The notes: generated by a model not told the origin, from the letters alone. DNA of 57,521 bases from an uncultured virus (IMG/VR IMGVR_UViG_3300020207_000005) (IMGVR_UViG_3300020207_000005), one strand, 5' to 3'. Counted from the first letter of the stretch, positions 21,451 through 30,742 are shown. A program made the numbers and translations.

Positions 21451-22880
21451 TATGCCATCCCGCCCATTCTTCCACTTCGTGAATCTGAGCCTGCACCAGA
21501 CCAACCATACTTAAATAAGGTTAATTCAGTTTTCAGCATATCTTTTTCACACGAATTAATTACATGGGTCACTAAATAATTTCCACTTAATTGTGGGTTC
21601 TTCTCACTTTGATTTGAACTCTGGTTTAATTCCATAACATCAACATTAATTACGTCACCCGCATTAATATCGAGTCTTCCGTCTGTTGATGCAGATACAG
21701 ATGTTGAGTGCATATGATTTAAGTACATAATTCTTCTTGCAACAACATCTCTAAAATGTCTTTCGCCCGTAAAACTTTTTCCATCATCAAAATCTCTGTA
21801 ATCTCTTATAATCATAAATTGTTTTGCGTTCTCGTTTGTAAATGTATCATCAGCATACTTTTTAGTATGAATATCTGATGCCCAACTACTCTTATTACCA
21901 GTTACATCTGTAAATTTATTCTTTCCTTCGTTATATGTGTAGTTGTATCTTCTTGCGTGATGTTTCAATAAATCTATTTCTACAATCGTATTTTTATAAG
22001 CACCATTAACTAATTCTTTTGCGGGGTTTGCTCTAGTATTATTTGTAAAACTAGTTAATGCTTTAATTTGTTCTTCTGCGCTTGTTGCATCCATATCAAC
22101 ATCAGCTGAGAAATTCATTTTTCTAGTACGTTTATTTGAAAGTTTGGCAAAGTGTTCATATAACCATTCATCACTAACACAATAGAATCCATCCCATCTT
22201 TCAAAAAAACGATATGAAGAAGAAGTGGTTGTGGTGTTATTGTGCGCTCTTTTTAACACAAACGATATCGCTTCTGTTGGCATATAATCTGGTATAATAA
22301 CATCTATGTTACCATCAGTTGTTTGAATATAGAGTTTCCTACCTATGTTGTCAGCACCTGATAAATCATACTTTTCAGTATTCTCTGGAAATGTTTCGCC
22401 TTGTCGTGCAGTAGTATATTCTTTTGTTTTTAAAATATATTTGTCGAAAATATCTTTTACAATAGACGATACTTTTTTCTGTTTATAAGATTTAATAAGA
22501 CTTCTTGTAAATCCATCCCAGCTTGGTTTACTTACCCAGTGTAATGTGTATGTTACACCTTTGTTTGAAAGACTAGAATTTACATTATCAATCTTATGAA
22601 CTTGAGCTGTAATTCTTCTTGTTACGTTCAGGTCTTCACCTTTAAATTCTAGTTCAAGAGTTTCTTCTCCTCTTAACGGCAATTCTTCTAAAAATCCTTC
22701 ATTATCTAAAACACTAATACTACCAGACAATGACACAGTAGATATACCATGTTCAACGTGCCATGCATAAATGGTAGCTGAGATATCAATACCAACAGCA
22801 GCTTCTTGACCATAAGGTGTAACAGTTGCTTTGGTTATCTCACAATTTGAAGGATTAAAATTGGACGCCGTTACTGTCAT
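21450..22880 (-). CDS. Baseplate hub protein (gp27-like position)
   Basis: LPLRGEETL, YRFFE and GDVINV...LSGNYLVTHV motifs; lies between gp53 and gp5. Confidence 0.7.
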   Translation of the reverse strand: MTVTASNFNPSNCEITKATVTPYGQEAAVGIDISATIYAWHVEHGISTVSLSGSISVLDNEGFLEELPLRGEETLELEFKGEDLNVTRRITAQVHKIDNVNSSLSNKGVTYTLHWVSKPSWDGFTRSLIKSYKQKKVSSIVKDIFDKYILKTKEYTTARQGETFPENTEKYDLSGADNIGRKLYIQTTDGNIDVIIPDYMPTEAISFVLKRAHNNTTTTSSSYRFFERWDGFYCVSDEWLYEHFAKLSNKRTRKMNFSADVDMDATSAEEQIKALTSFTNNTRANPAKELVNGAYKNTIVEIDLLKHHARRYNYTYNEGKNKFTDVTGNKSSWASDIHTKKYADDTFTNENAKQFMIIRDYRDFDDGKSFTGERHFRDVVARRIMYLNHMHSTSVSASTDGRLDINAGDVINVDVMELNQSSNQSEKNPQLSGNYLVTHVINSCEKDMLKTELTLFKYGWSGAGSDSRSGRMGGMA

Positions 22881-22882
22881 AA

Positions 22883-23140
22883 TTATTCAGTACTCAAGTT
22901 TTGTCTAAATTCTCTTGTAATTTGGCCTAGATACTTGTTATCAAATAAGTAAATCTCTTTTTTGTTTTCATTTATTGTAGTTTCGAAATCAAAGATACGA
23001 TAAGGAACCCATTCTTCAGGGATAATACGTTTAATAATAATCTTACGACCTTGTTCTGTACGCATAATAACACGGTCTTCTCTACGAAGATAAATCGTTC
23101 TAAATGATTCGGGTGCTAAAATAATTTCATCAACTGCCAT
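22883..23140 (-). CDS. C-terminal half of gp53-like baseplate wedge protein, encoded separately
   Basis: FDFETTINENKKEIYLFDNKYLGQITREF resembles the gp53 C-terminus; AGGA SD and TAATG coupling. Confidence 0.7.
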   Translation of the reverse strand: MAVDEIILAPESFRTIYLRREDRVIMRTEQGRKIIIKRIIPEEWVPYRIFDFETTINENKKEIYLFDNKYLGQITREFRQNLSTE

Positions 23141-23514
23141 TATACTTTCCTTACGTAATATAAAATATTTTCGTCGTTATCTGGGTCTCTTGTCCAGTCA
23201 ATAACATCTTCACCAACCTCACCAGATTGTTCTGAATATTTTTCGACAAGATAATTATTAAATGTTTGTGGGTCCATAGGCCATTCGTGATATGGGTCAA
23301 TAATATTATTTGATAGATACACCAACCAAACATAATCTACTGAACCATAATAGAATCTTGCAACGTCTTCTGCGCGTTCACCTTCTTTTACTGTATAAGG
23401 ATAATAGAGATATGGATTATTTGCAATAGCTCTTTTAAATGCAGTACGTCGAGTAATGTCTCTAACTCTACGACCTTGATATTCTATTACTGGAAAATTT
23501 TCAAAATATTTCAT
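23140..23514 (-). CDS. gp53: Baseplate wedge gp53 (LysM-like N-terminal half)
   Basis: YFENFPVIEY...YTVKEGERAEDVARFYYGSVDYVWLVYLSNNIIDPYHEWP. Confidence 0.85.
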   Translation of the reverse strand: MKYFENFPVIEYQGRRVRDITRRTAFKRAIANNPYLYYPYTVKEGERAEDVARFYYGSVDYVWLVYLSNNIIDPYHEWPMDPQTFNNYLVEKYSEQSGEVGEDVIDWTRDPDNDENILYYVRKV

Positions 23515-23530
23515 TTATTTCTCCGTTAGG

Positions 23531-24613
23531 CTATAGGCCGGCTATAGGCCCACCCGCTCCTCGAAGTGGGTTTTGTTCTGCGGATTCACCGGTATCTGGC
23601 GAACCCACTGCTTCGGGTTGTGGTAATAATGTAGCGTAATCTTCTGCAGTTTGAATTGTAAGTTCTCTAAATGATATTGATAAAGTTACCGATGCAGGTA
23701 CACCACCTTTAATAATACCAACTTTAGCACCACCACCTGTATAATCAACTGTAACATTATCAATCATACATCTCTTAAATCTTGGGAAGTGTCTTTCTTG
23801 TACACCTAATAAACTAGGTTCAACAATTGACGGATATTTTAGAATCGCTTTACTCAAACTCTCTAACTCTAAAACTTCTGATGTTGTTGGTAACATCTTA
23901 GATTTTAAGAAGTTTACAATGTTTGTTATCTGTTCTGTATCTGCTGCGTTTGATGGAAATAAATCCCATTCAAAACTAAATTCTCTTAAGTTAACACCTT
24001 CGAATGCTAGTGTAGCTTGTGGGTTAACAATTTGTCCTGCAACTTGTCCTACTGTTTTCGCTAAATCTCCAGAAAGATATTTTTTTGCAAGGTAAGTACC
24101 TGCAGTCATAGCATCAGATGAATTTCCTTCTAATCCTTGAATTCCCTCAATAAGTTTCTGACGTGCTTCATTATTACCCATTGCCGCTTTACCTGCATCC
24201 TTTGCAACACCTAATGCTTCTTCTGCGAGTTTACCAATTGCATCTAGATTCCCTGTGTTTGAAGCACCTGCTATTACTGATGCGAATTTTTCAGTTAAGA
24301 AATCTCTTTCAAATGCAGTAACCTGAGTACCAGTTGCATCTCTTAAACTTCTTGGGAATGGTAACTCTACTGAAGATGTAGAATTTTCTTGTACTGGATT
24401 TCTTTCAGGTATTAATCCTAAACGCTGATTTGCGCTGAATACAGGAACATCTTCATCAGCTCTTTCGATTGTTGTAGATGCAGCAAACTTACTAAAATCA
24501 TAATCATGAAAAATCATTTGAAAACTATGAGGTAAAGGTTTAGAAGGAAACGAATAAGTCGTTACACGAGAGTCATTGCTTCTAATATACCTAAGCTGTT
24601 CGGGTCTGGCCAT
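23531..24613 (-). CDS. gp48: Baseplate tail-tube cap gp48-like
   Basis: VNPQATLAFEGVNLREFSFEWDLFP; VTLSISFREL. Confidence 0.8.
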   Translation of the reverse strand: MARPEQLRYIRSNDSRVTTYSFPSKPLPHSFQMIFHDYDFSKFAASTTIERADEDVPVFSANQRLGLIPERNPVQENSTSSVELPFPRSLRDATGTQVTAFERDFLTEKFASVIAGASNTGNLDAIGKLAEEALGVAKDAGKAAMGNNEARQKLIEGIQGLEGNSSDAMTAGTYLAKKYLSGDLAKTVGQVAGQIVNPQATLAFEGVNLREFSFEWDLFPSNAADTEQITNIVNFLKSKMLPTTSEVLELESLSKAILKYPSIVEPSLLGVQERHFPRFKRCMIDNVTVDYTGGGAKVGIIKGGVPASVTLSISFRELTIQTAEDYATLLPQPEAVGSPDTGESAEQNPLRGAGGPIAGL

Positions 24614-24654
24614 AAGAGTCTCTTTTTAAGTAAAATTGTTTTCCATACAGTTTT

Positions 24655-24689
24655 AATAAATAACTGTGGATATCTTTCAATTATTTATA
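24655..24689. promoter_or_regulatory. Pair of T4-type late promoters for the divergent gp48 and gp4 operons
   Basis: TATAAATA on - strand at 24682-24689; AATAAATA variant on + strand at 24655-24662. Confidence 0.65.
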
Positions 24690-24710
24690 TGGAGTAGTGA
24701 AGAGAATATT

Positions 24711-25169
24711 ATGGCATACAAGGGTCGTTTTCGTCCAAAGAATCCAGCTAAATACAAAGGAGACCCGACGAAGATAATTTATAGGTCACTTTGGGAATTT
24801 AAATTCTTCAGATTTGTTGATGAACATCCTGATGTTATATGGTGGCAAAGCGAAGAAGTGATAGTTCCTTATAGGAGTCCTATAGATAGTAGAGTACACA
24901 GATACTTTCCTGATGTAATAGTGCATAAGAAGAGTCCAGAAGGTAAAATACAGACTATTATGATAGAAATTAAACCATATAAGCAAACGTTACCTCCAGA
25001 CCCTTCTAAGAAAAATAACACACCATCTGGAAGAGTATCGAGAAGATATCTTAATGAAGTTAAGAATTATGGTATCAATAGTGCTAAATGGAAAGCAGCA
25101 AGACAATATTGTGCTGACCGAGGGTGGGAATTTGTAATCATGACCGAAAAAGAATTAGGAGTCAGATAA
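24711..25169 (+). CDS. gp4: Head completion nuclease gp4
   Basis: MAYKGRFRPKNPAKYKGDPTKIIYRSLWE...WQSEE...HRYFPD...IEIKP. Start moved to ATG 24711. Confidence 0.92.
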   Translation: MAYKGRFRPKNPAKYKGDPTKIIYRSLWEFKFFRFVDEHPDVIWWQSEEVIVPYRSPIDSRVHRYFPDVIVHKKSPEGKIQTIMIEIKPYKQTLPPDPSKKNNTPSGRVSRRYLNEVKNYGINSAKWKAARQYCADRGWEFVIMTEKELGVR

Positions 25170-25170
25170 G

Positions 25171-25869
25171 TTGGCAGCAAAATCATTTGAACAAGTATTA
25201 AGTGAAGCAGAAAAGCAACCAAGTGGTACAGCACGAGGTGCACAAGTATTTACTGATATTTTAGCAAAAGGCATCCGCGCGGGTGAGGTACCCGCACGTT
25301 CGAAGGCCGCACGTGAATGGTATAGAAATGCTGCAATGAAAGTAACACGTGCAGGTTCAGCTGCAACCGGTATCACCGGTGAAACATTCATTCAATCAGC
25401 AGGTCAAGAAAGAATACGTGCCGTTGCACAAAGTCGTATGATGATGGGAAGTATGTATACCTTTGAATACGATGCTAAACATAAAGATACGCTTCCATAT
25501 TATGATAGGTTCCCTTTGATATTCCCAATAAATAAAGCTAAAGGTGGATTTTTAGGAATTAACTTCCATTACTTACCTCCAGTGATGAGAGGTCAACTAA
25601 TGGATGCTTTGTATGGAATCGTCAATAATAAAAAATACGACGAAACAACAAGAGTTATTGCTAATTACGAATTATTAAATAGTGCTTCTAAATATAGGTT
25701 CTTTAAACCAGCAATAAAGCATTATTTAAATAAACAAATTAGGTCAAGATTTATTTACATTAATCCGTCTGAGTGGGATATTGCATTGTTCTTACCAACA
25801 GCAATGTTCCAAGGTGCATCTAAACAGAAAGTATATGCAGACTCACGTAAAGCAATACTAAAAGGATAA
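25171..25869 (+). CDS. gp2: DNA end protector protein gp2
   Basis: YDAKHKDTLPYYDRFPLIF...GFLGINFHYLP; TTG start with AGGAG SD. Confidence 0.9.
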   Translation: MAAKSFEQVLSEAEKQPSGTARGAQVFTDILAKGIRAGEVPARSKAAREWYRNAAMKVTRAGSAATGITGETFIQSAGQERIRAVAQSRMMMGSMYTFEYDAKHKDTLPYYDRFPLIFPINKAKGGFLGINFHYLPPVMRGQLMDALYGIVNNKKYDETTRVIANYELLNSASKYRFFKPAIKHYLNKQIRSRFIYINPSEWDIALFLPTAMFQGASKQKVYADSRKAILKG

Positions 25870-25873
25870 TTAA

Positions 25874-26656
25874 ATGCCATTTAAAATTAGTGACTTTAAA
25901 ACAACATTAGACAAATATGGCGGACTAGCTCGTACTTCGTTATTTGAAGTACGTATTGACCAATTTCCAGTTGAAACAGGTTCTGGTTTAACAGAACGAG
26001 ATATTAGATTGTTTTGTAGTAGTGTAAACTTCCCAGGCATTAATATTGAGAACGGACAGTTTACTGCGGTCGCTCAACTTACAACTCAATTCCCATTAGA
26101 GATGTCAAGCTCACCTATTACTGCAAATTTTATGGTTGACTCAGACCACCAAGTTTTACAGTTTTTTCATAACTGGATTCAAAGAGTTTTAAACTTTAGT
26201 ACAAAAGAAGGTTCTTTTTCTGCAATCGACGGAGAATTTGCAACTCAAGGCCAAATGCCTTTTGAAATGGGATATAAAGACGACTATGCATGTCGTATTA
26301 CAATAAGACATTATTCCACTGAAAGTTTTAGTAATGACGATAAGTATTATGAAGTTGTTTTAGAAAATGTTTATCCATATAGCATTGGAGATTTAGCATT
26401 AGACTGGGATAGTCAAAATTCATTCTTAACGATGCCAGTAACTTTTGCATACGACAGAATATGGTATAGTGGTGATAAAACTGGTAAACCATCAAGAAGA
26501 ACCAATGGTGGATTCTTAGAAACTCTATCTAATTTAGCTGGAGTGGTTGATGTTTTAAAACAGACAAAAGACGCCGGAAGACCTACATCTATACAAGATG
26601 CGGTTAATCGATTAACAAGAGTAAGAAATTCTTGGGATAGATTGACTGGCGATTAA
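25874..26656 (+). CDS. Tail-tube initiator gp54/gp19-like
   Basis: GGLARTSLFEV...CSSVNFPG...LENVYP.SIG...VTFAY. Confidence 0.75.
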   Translation: MPFKISDFKTTLDKYGGLARTSLFEVRIDQFPVETGSGLTERDIRLFCSSVNFPGINIENGQFTAVAQLTTQFPLEMSSSPITANFMVDSDHQVLQFFHNWIQRVLNFSTKEGSFSAIDGEFATQGQMPFEMGYKDDYACRITIRHYSTESFSNDDKYYEVVLENVYPYSIGDLALDWDSQNSFLTMPVTFAYDRIWYSGDKTGKPSRRTNGGFLETLSNLAGVVDVLKQTKDAGRPTSIQDAVNRLTRVRNSWDRLTGD

Positions 26657-26681
26657 ATTTATATTATAGGAGAAATATATT

Positions 26682-27383
26682 ATGGCACTGCCAAAAATTG
26701 ATTTGCCGATTTTGGAGCTTACGCTTCCTTCATCAGGTGAAAAAGTGAAGTACCGACCTTTCACTGTAAAAGAAGAAAAAATTCTTTTGATTGGTCAAGC
26801 TTCAGAAGACCCAATGCAAGAAATGCTCGCGGCAAAACAAGTTATTAATAATTGTTTAATTGATGTTGATGTATCTGAACTTGCAGTATTTGACCTTGAG
26901 TACGTTCTATTAGTATTACGTGCAAGGTCTGTAAACAATATTGTTGAGTTTAATATTAAAGATTCAGATACTGAAGAACAAATTACATTGACGCTTGATA
27001 TTGACAATGTATCGATAACGAAAAACGAAGAGCATAGTAAAGAAATTAAAATTAATGACGAGTATACACTCTTCTTAAAGTATCCAACAATAGACGAATT
27101 CATTAAGATTTCTACTATTGAAGAAGATGACCCGTTAACGGATTACTTATCATTATGTACATGTTTAGATTTTGTAGCTTCAGAAGATGAAGTACATTAT
27201 TTTAAAGAGTACGACCAAGAACAAATTGACGCATTTATGGACGATTTGAGTGGTGAAGTAGTTAAAGACATACAAAAATTCTTTGAGACTTCTCCAAAAT
27301 TGAGGCACGAATTACCTTATACAAATAAGAACGGAGACGAAAAAACATTTGTAATTGAGGGGATGCGCGCTTTTTTTACCTAG
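26682..27383 (+). CDS. gp26: Baseplate hub assembly protein gp26
   Basis: MALPKIDLP..ELTLPSSGEKVKYRPFTVKEEKILL...FDLEYVLL.LRARSV...IEGMRAFF. Confidence 0.88.
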   Translation: MALPKIDLPILELTLPSSGEKVKYRPFTVKEEKILLIGQASEDPMQEMLAAKQVINNCLIDVDVSELAVFDLEYVLLVLRARSVNNIVEFNIKDSDTEEQITLTLDIDNVSITKNEEHSKEIKINDEYTLFLKYPTIDEFIKISTIEEDDPLTDYLSLCTCLDFVASEDEVHYFKEYDQEQIDAFMDDLSGEVVKDIQKFFETSPKLRHELPYTNKNGDEKTFVIEGMRAFFT

Positions 27384-27556
27384 CGCTGGTCCATTTGAGG
27401 CTTGAAGACTATTATCAAATTGTCTTCAGTTTGGCCCAGCACCATAAATACAGTATAGATGAAATAGAAAGATTGATTCCTTATGAAAGGGATTTATATT
27501 TCCAAATGTTAATTAATTGGATAGAACAAGAAAACGAGAAAGCAAAGGCACGATAA
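27377..27556 (+). CDS. gp51: gp51-like baseplate assembly catalyst (-1 frame relative to gp26, no upstream ATG)
   Basis: Not in the ORF track. Reads YLALVHLRLEDYYQIVFSLAQHHKYSIDEIERLIPYERDLYFQMLINWIEQENEKAKAR*; the HHKYS..EIE...P.ER..Y motif is characteristic. The only plausible upstream start is TTG 27395. Confidence 0.8.
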   Translation, partial: YLALVHLRLEDYYQIVFSLAQHHKYSIDEIERLIPYERDLYFQMLINWIEQENEKAKAR

Positions 27557-29404
27557 ATGTCACCAGAAACAGAAGCTATTGTCAATCAGTTAAAAGAAGA
27601 GGGTGAAGCACTTCGCTCCAAAGGACCTGACTCTATTAAAGAAGTCAAGGTTGAACTTGCGAAATTTAATGGCGTATTCAATGAGATGTCTCAGGCATTT
27701 AAGGGAATTAGTCAATCGTCTGCGGCGGCCGCTTCACTAGCTGAACAAGAAGCAAAACTTCGAGCATTGTCTGATGAAGAACGTCAGAAGTATTATGAAG
27801 TTGAAGCTGAAAACGCTAAGAGAGACCAAGAGACTGCGAAGCGTAAATCTATTGCTGATTTAAAAGCACAAAAGAAAGCAGACAGAAATAATAACTCCTT
27901 AATTAAATCGATGAAAAGCATTTTTGGTGGTATCGCTGGTTTCTTCAAAAGGTGGGGTAATTTATTAGTTGGTGGTGCATTCGCTTATGAATTCATCGCT
28001 GGTATGATTGAAGAACAGTTTGGTGTAGAGATACCAACAATAGCAGATGGCTTTCGAAAACTCGTAGATTTCTTAGGAAAAGTTGAATGGGATAAAGTTG
28101 CTGCAGGATTCGCAACAATAGCATCACTTGTAGTTTTAGGAAAAATTCTCGCTGGGGTAGGTTCAGCAGCTTTAGGTATATTAGGACTTAAAAGTCTACT
28201 TGGACGAGGTGGAACTCCACCCGTAGTTAATCCAGGAACTGCAGGTGCAGGCGGAGGTAGAAATCAACCACCTCCTAGAACTCCTCCAAGAAACTTTACA
28301 ATAGATGATGACGGTAATCCAAGAAGTAATAGAACAGGACAAGTATTAACAGGTGGTGCTAGAGAAACTGCACTAAGAACAGCTGCCGGTGACAGAGCTG
28401 CAAATTCTTGGTGGAATAGAACTAAAAACTCCTTATTAAGAAGTAAAAAGCCAGGAATGGTAGGTGCGGGGATAACTGCAGCAACTGTGATTGGTTTAAT
28501 AGATGAACAAGAGTTAGAGGCAGCAAATACCGCAGAAGCAGATTTATTAGCAGCAATTGAAGCACGTGATACGGGTATTAGTGATTTAGTAACTGATACA
28601 GTAATTAGTGCTGGAGTTGGTGCTGGTACAGGTGCCGCAGTCGGTGCATTGGGAATGGGAGTTGGTGCTGGACCCGGCGCATTAGCAGGTGCTATATCAG
28701 GTGCTGCATGGGGATTTGGTACTTCAGCGTTATTAGGAGTTAAGAGATGGTTCGAAGATTCTGGTGAAGGTATTGACGAATTACCTAACTCAGTTGAAGA
28801 TGCACTAAGAGCAGAACAAGATGCTATAGGTGGAAGTGTTGAAGAACAACTTGCTGCACTAACCGCCGTTAGAGATGCAGCGAAAAAATTCGTAGATGAT
28901 AACACAGACGCACTTAACACTTCTATAGAAGAAGTCAATAGTTTACAAGCAATTCTAGACGCAGAACCTAATGCTACTGGAACTTATACAGTAAATGGTA
29001 GGTCAGTTACTAAGAGACGTTTAGAAAGAATGATTGCAGAAGCCGAAGAAGATAGAGACCTTCTTCAACGCCAAGTTGATACATCTTCAAATATATTACA
29101 GAGACGTAATGAATCATTAGAAGATTATAATAAGAGAGTAGCAGAAGCACAAAGACAACAAGAATTAATTGATAAACAATACCAAGATACAATGACTCCT
29201 GAAATGATAGACCTGTCTAATATGTTTGGTATGAGTGGTGGTAATAATGGATTCTCGTATGTAAATAATTCTGGTGCACCTGTTGTTTATAATATCGCGT
29301 CATCAAGTGCTCAGAACATGTCATCTGTAACTTCTTATGCAGTTGGTTATGGTGGTGGCGATAGGTCAGGATTCGGCATAGCAATCCCTGGTTTAGTAGG
29401 ATAA
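27557..29404 (+). CDS. Probable tape-measure/baseplate hub protein (gp29-like)
   Basis: 615 aa; coiled-coil segments with Ala/Gly-rich hydrophobic stretches; directly after gp26/gp51. Confidence 0.65.
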   Translation: MSPETEAIVNQLKEEGEALRSKGPDSIKEVKVELAKFNGVFNEMSQAFKGISQSSAAAASLAEQEAKLRALSDEERQKYYEVEAENAKRDQETAKRKSIADLKAQKKADRNNNSLIKSMKSIFGGIAGFFKRWGNLLVGGAFAYEFIAGMIEEQFGVEIPTIADGFRKLVDFLGKVEWDKVAAGFATIASLVVLGKILAGVGSAALGILGLKSLLGRGGTPPVVNPGTAGAGGGRNQPPPRTPPRNFTIDDDGNPRSNRTGQVLTGGARETALRTAAGDRAANSWWNRTKNSLLRSKKPGMVGAGITAATVIGLIDEQELEAANTAEADLLAAIEARDTGISDLVTDTVISAGVGAGTGAAVGALGMGVGAGPGALAGAISGAAWGFGTSALLGVKRWFEDSGEGIDELPNSVEDALRAEQDAIGGSVEEQLAALTAVRDAAKKFVDDNTDALNTSIEEVNSLQAILDAEPNATGTYTVNGRSVTKRRLERMIAEAEEDRDLLQRQVDTSSNILQRRNESLEDYNKRVAEAQRQQELIDKQYQDTMTPEMIDLSNMFGMSGGNNGFSYVNNSGAPVVYNIASSSAQNMSSVTSYAVGYGGGDRSGFGIAIPGLVG

Positions 29405-29428
29405 AAAAAGGGGACGTCCTTGTCCCCT
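29402..29428 (-). terminator. Rho-independent terminator at the convergence of the tail operon and peroxiredoxin
   Basis: AGGGGAC-gtcctt-GTCCCCT hairpin (29409-29428) followed by a T-run on the - strand. Confidence 0.8.
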
Positions 29429-29453
29429 CAAAAACCTCGATGTCACGAAGTTT

Positions 29454-29987
29454 TTAATTTTCTAGAGTACCTTGTAAAAATGCAAGAATATTTCCAGGCG
29501 AAGTTTCTCCATAAGGGTCATCTGCACAATCATCAGATTTGCCAGGCTCTTCAAAAACCTTTTCAACTACACCATCATTTACAATCATAGCATATCTCCA
29601 AGACCTTTTACCGAATCCTACATTGTCTTTCGCAACTAACATATCCATACCTGCGGTAAATTCACATGAACCATCTGGAATGAATTTTACTTTTTTCACT
29701 CCTTGGTCTTTTGCCCAAGCATTCATAACAAAAGAATCATTACAAGACATACAATATATATCATCAATTCCTTCTTTTACGAAATCATCATAACGAGCTT
29801 CAAATCCAGGCACTTGGAAAGTTGAGCAAGTTGGTGTGAATGCACCAGGTAGTGAGAATACAATTACTCGCTTACCAGCAAAGTACCAATCGGTATTTGG
29901 GTGAGTCCATTCGTATTCTGCAGTTTCCTTATTGAGTTCCCTAACTTTAAAGGTAACGTTAGGTACCTTATTTCCTTCAATAGTCAT
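29454..29987 (-). CDS. Peroxiredoxin (Prx5/type II)
   Basis: VFSLPGAFTPTCS, NDSFVMNAW and GFGKRSWRY motifs. Confidence 0.92.
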   Translation of the reverse strand: MTIEGNKVPNVTFKVRELNKETAEYEWTHPNTDWYFAGKRVIVFSLPGAFTPTCSTFQVPGFEARYDDFVKEGIDDIYCMSCNDSFVMNAWAKDQGVKKVKFIPDGSCEFTAGMDMLVAKDNVGFGKRSWRYAMIVNDGVVEKVFEEPGKSDDCADDPYGETSPGNILAFLQGTLEN

Positions 29988-30014
29988 AATTTAAATTTCC
30001 TTTCAATAACATGT

Positions 30015-30047
30015 TATAAAATCGGGAGAGCATTGCGCCCTCCCGGA
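30015..30047 (-). terminator. Terminator-like hairpin after hsp20
   Basis: CGGGAGGGCG-caa-TGCTCTCCCG followed by ATTTTAT on the - strand. Confidence 0.6.
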
Positions 30048-30054
30048 TTAAAAA

Positions 30055-30501
30055 TTAACCTACCAAGAATTCTTTCTTGTTGTCAATTTTGATTTTTTGT
30101 GGTCTTTTATCTTCAGGAATAATCCTTTCGAGTCCAATGACCAACAAACCATTTTTGAAGTTAGCACCAACTACTTTTAAGTCGTCAGCTAATGTAAAGC
30201 TACGAGTAAATTTCTTTTGAGAAATTCCTTTGTGTATTACTAAAGTATTATCTTCTGGTTTTTCGTCCCAAGTAGATTTTACTGTAAGTACATCTTCTTT
30301 AACTTCAATATCCACATCATTAATATCGAGACCAGCCAATGCAAGTTCAATAGAGAACTTATCACCGTCTTTATTTCTTCTGATATTATAAGGTGGGAAT
30401 CCTGTTGCTGCGTGAGTTTGTGGGAATTCAACTAATCTGTCAAACACTCTATCGAATCCGACAGCAAAAGGGGTTAAGTGGTTTATATTTAATCCAGTCA
30501 T
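30055..30501 (-). CDS. hsp20: Small heat-shock protein Hsp20 (IbpA type)
   Basis: GFDRVFD, FPPYNI, IELALAG and HKGIS..KFTRSFTL...A.FKNGLL motifs. Confidence 0.93.
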   Translation of the reverse strand: MTGLNINHLTPFAVGFDRVFDRLVEFPQTHAATGFPPYNIRRNKDGDKFSIELALAGLDINDVDIEVKEDVLTVKSTWDEKPEDNTLVIHKGISQKKFTRSFTLADDLKVVGANFKNGLLVIGLERIIPEDKRPQKIKIDNKKEFLVG

Positions 30502-30597
30502 TTTTATCTCCTATTAAGCTAGATATTATTATTCGGCCGCTAGTTAGCGCGCCACCATTTTCGTATACCCTCTCGGCGTATACAAAACTTATTTATA
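30502..30597 (-). promoter_or_regulatory. Late promoter plus structured 5' leader of hsp20 (ROSE-like RNA thermometer candidate)
   Basis: TATAAATA at 30590-30597; upstream hairpin 30558-30587; SD-sequestering hairpin TATCTAGCT-taat-AGGAGATA at 30505-30525. Confidence 0.6.
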
Positions 30598-30742
30598 CAG
30601 CTTCTGCGTGTGTTTTAATAAAGTTTTTAATAAAATTACGTACTTCACGCGATGCAGATGTGTCATCATCTTTGCATATCTGTATGAATTCTTTCTTTTG
30701 TTCTTTGTTAATCTTAATGATTAACGTGTCATCTTTTTTCAT
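30593..30742 (-). CDS. Ribbon-helix-helix (CopG/Arc-like) DNA-binding protein, 49 aa
   Basis: MKKDDTLIIKINKEQKKEFIQICKDDDTSASREVRNFIKNFI shows a beta-helix-helix pattern; AGGTG SD before ATG 30742. Confidence 0.7.
   Translation of the reverse strand: MKKDDTLIIKINKEQKKEFIQICKDDDTSASREVRNFIKNFIKTHAEAV

Noticed and set aside
28264..28938. 224-aa antisense ORF inside the tape-measure-like gene
   Set aside because: It is an in-register mirror of Ala/Gly-rich codons with no SD or recognisable motif, so it is a shadow ORF.
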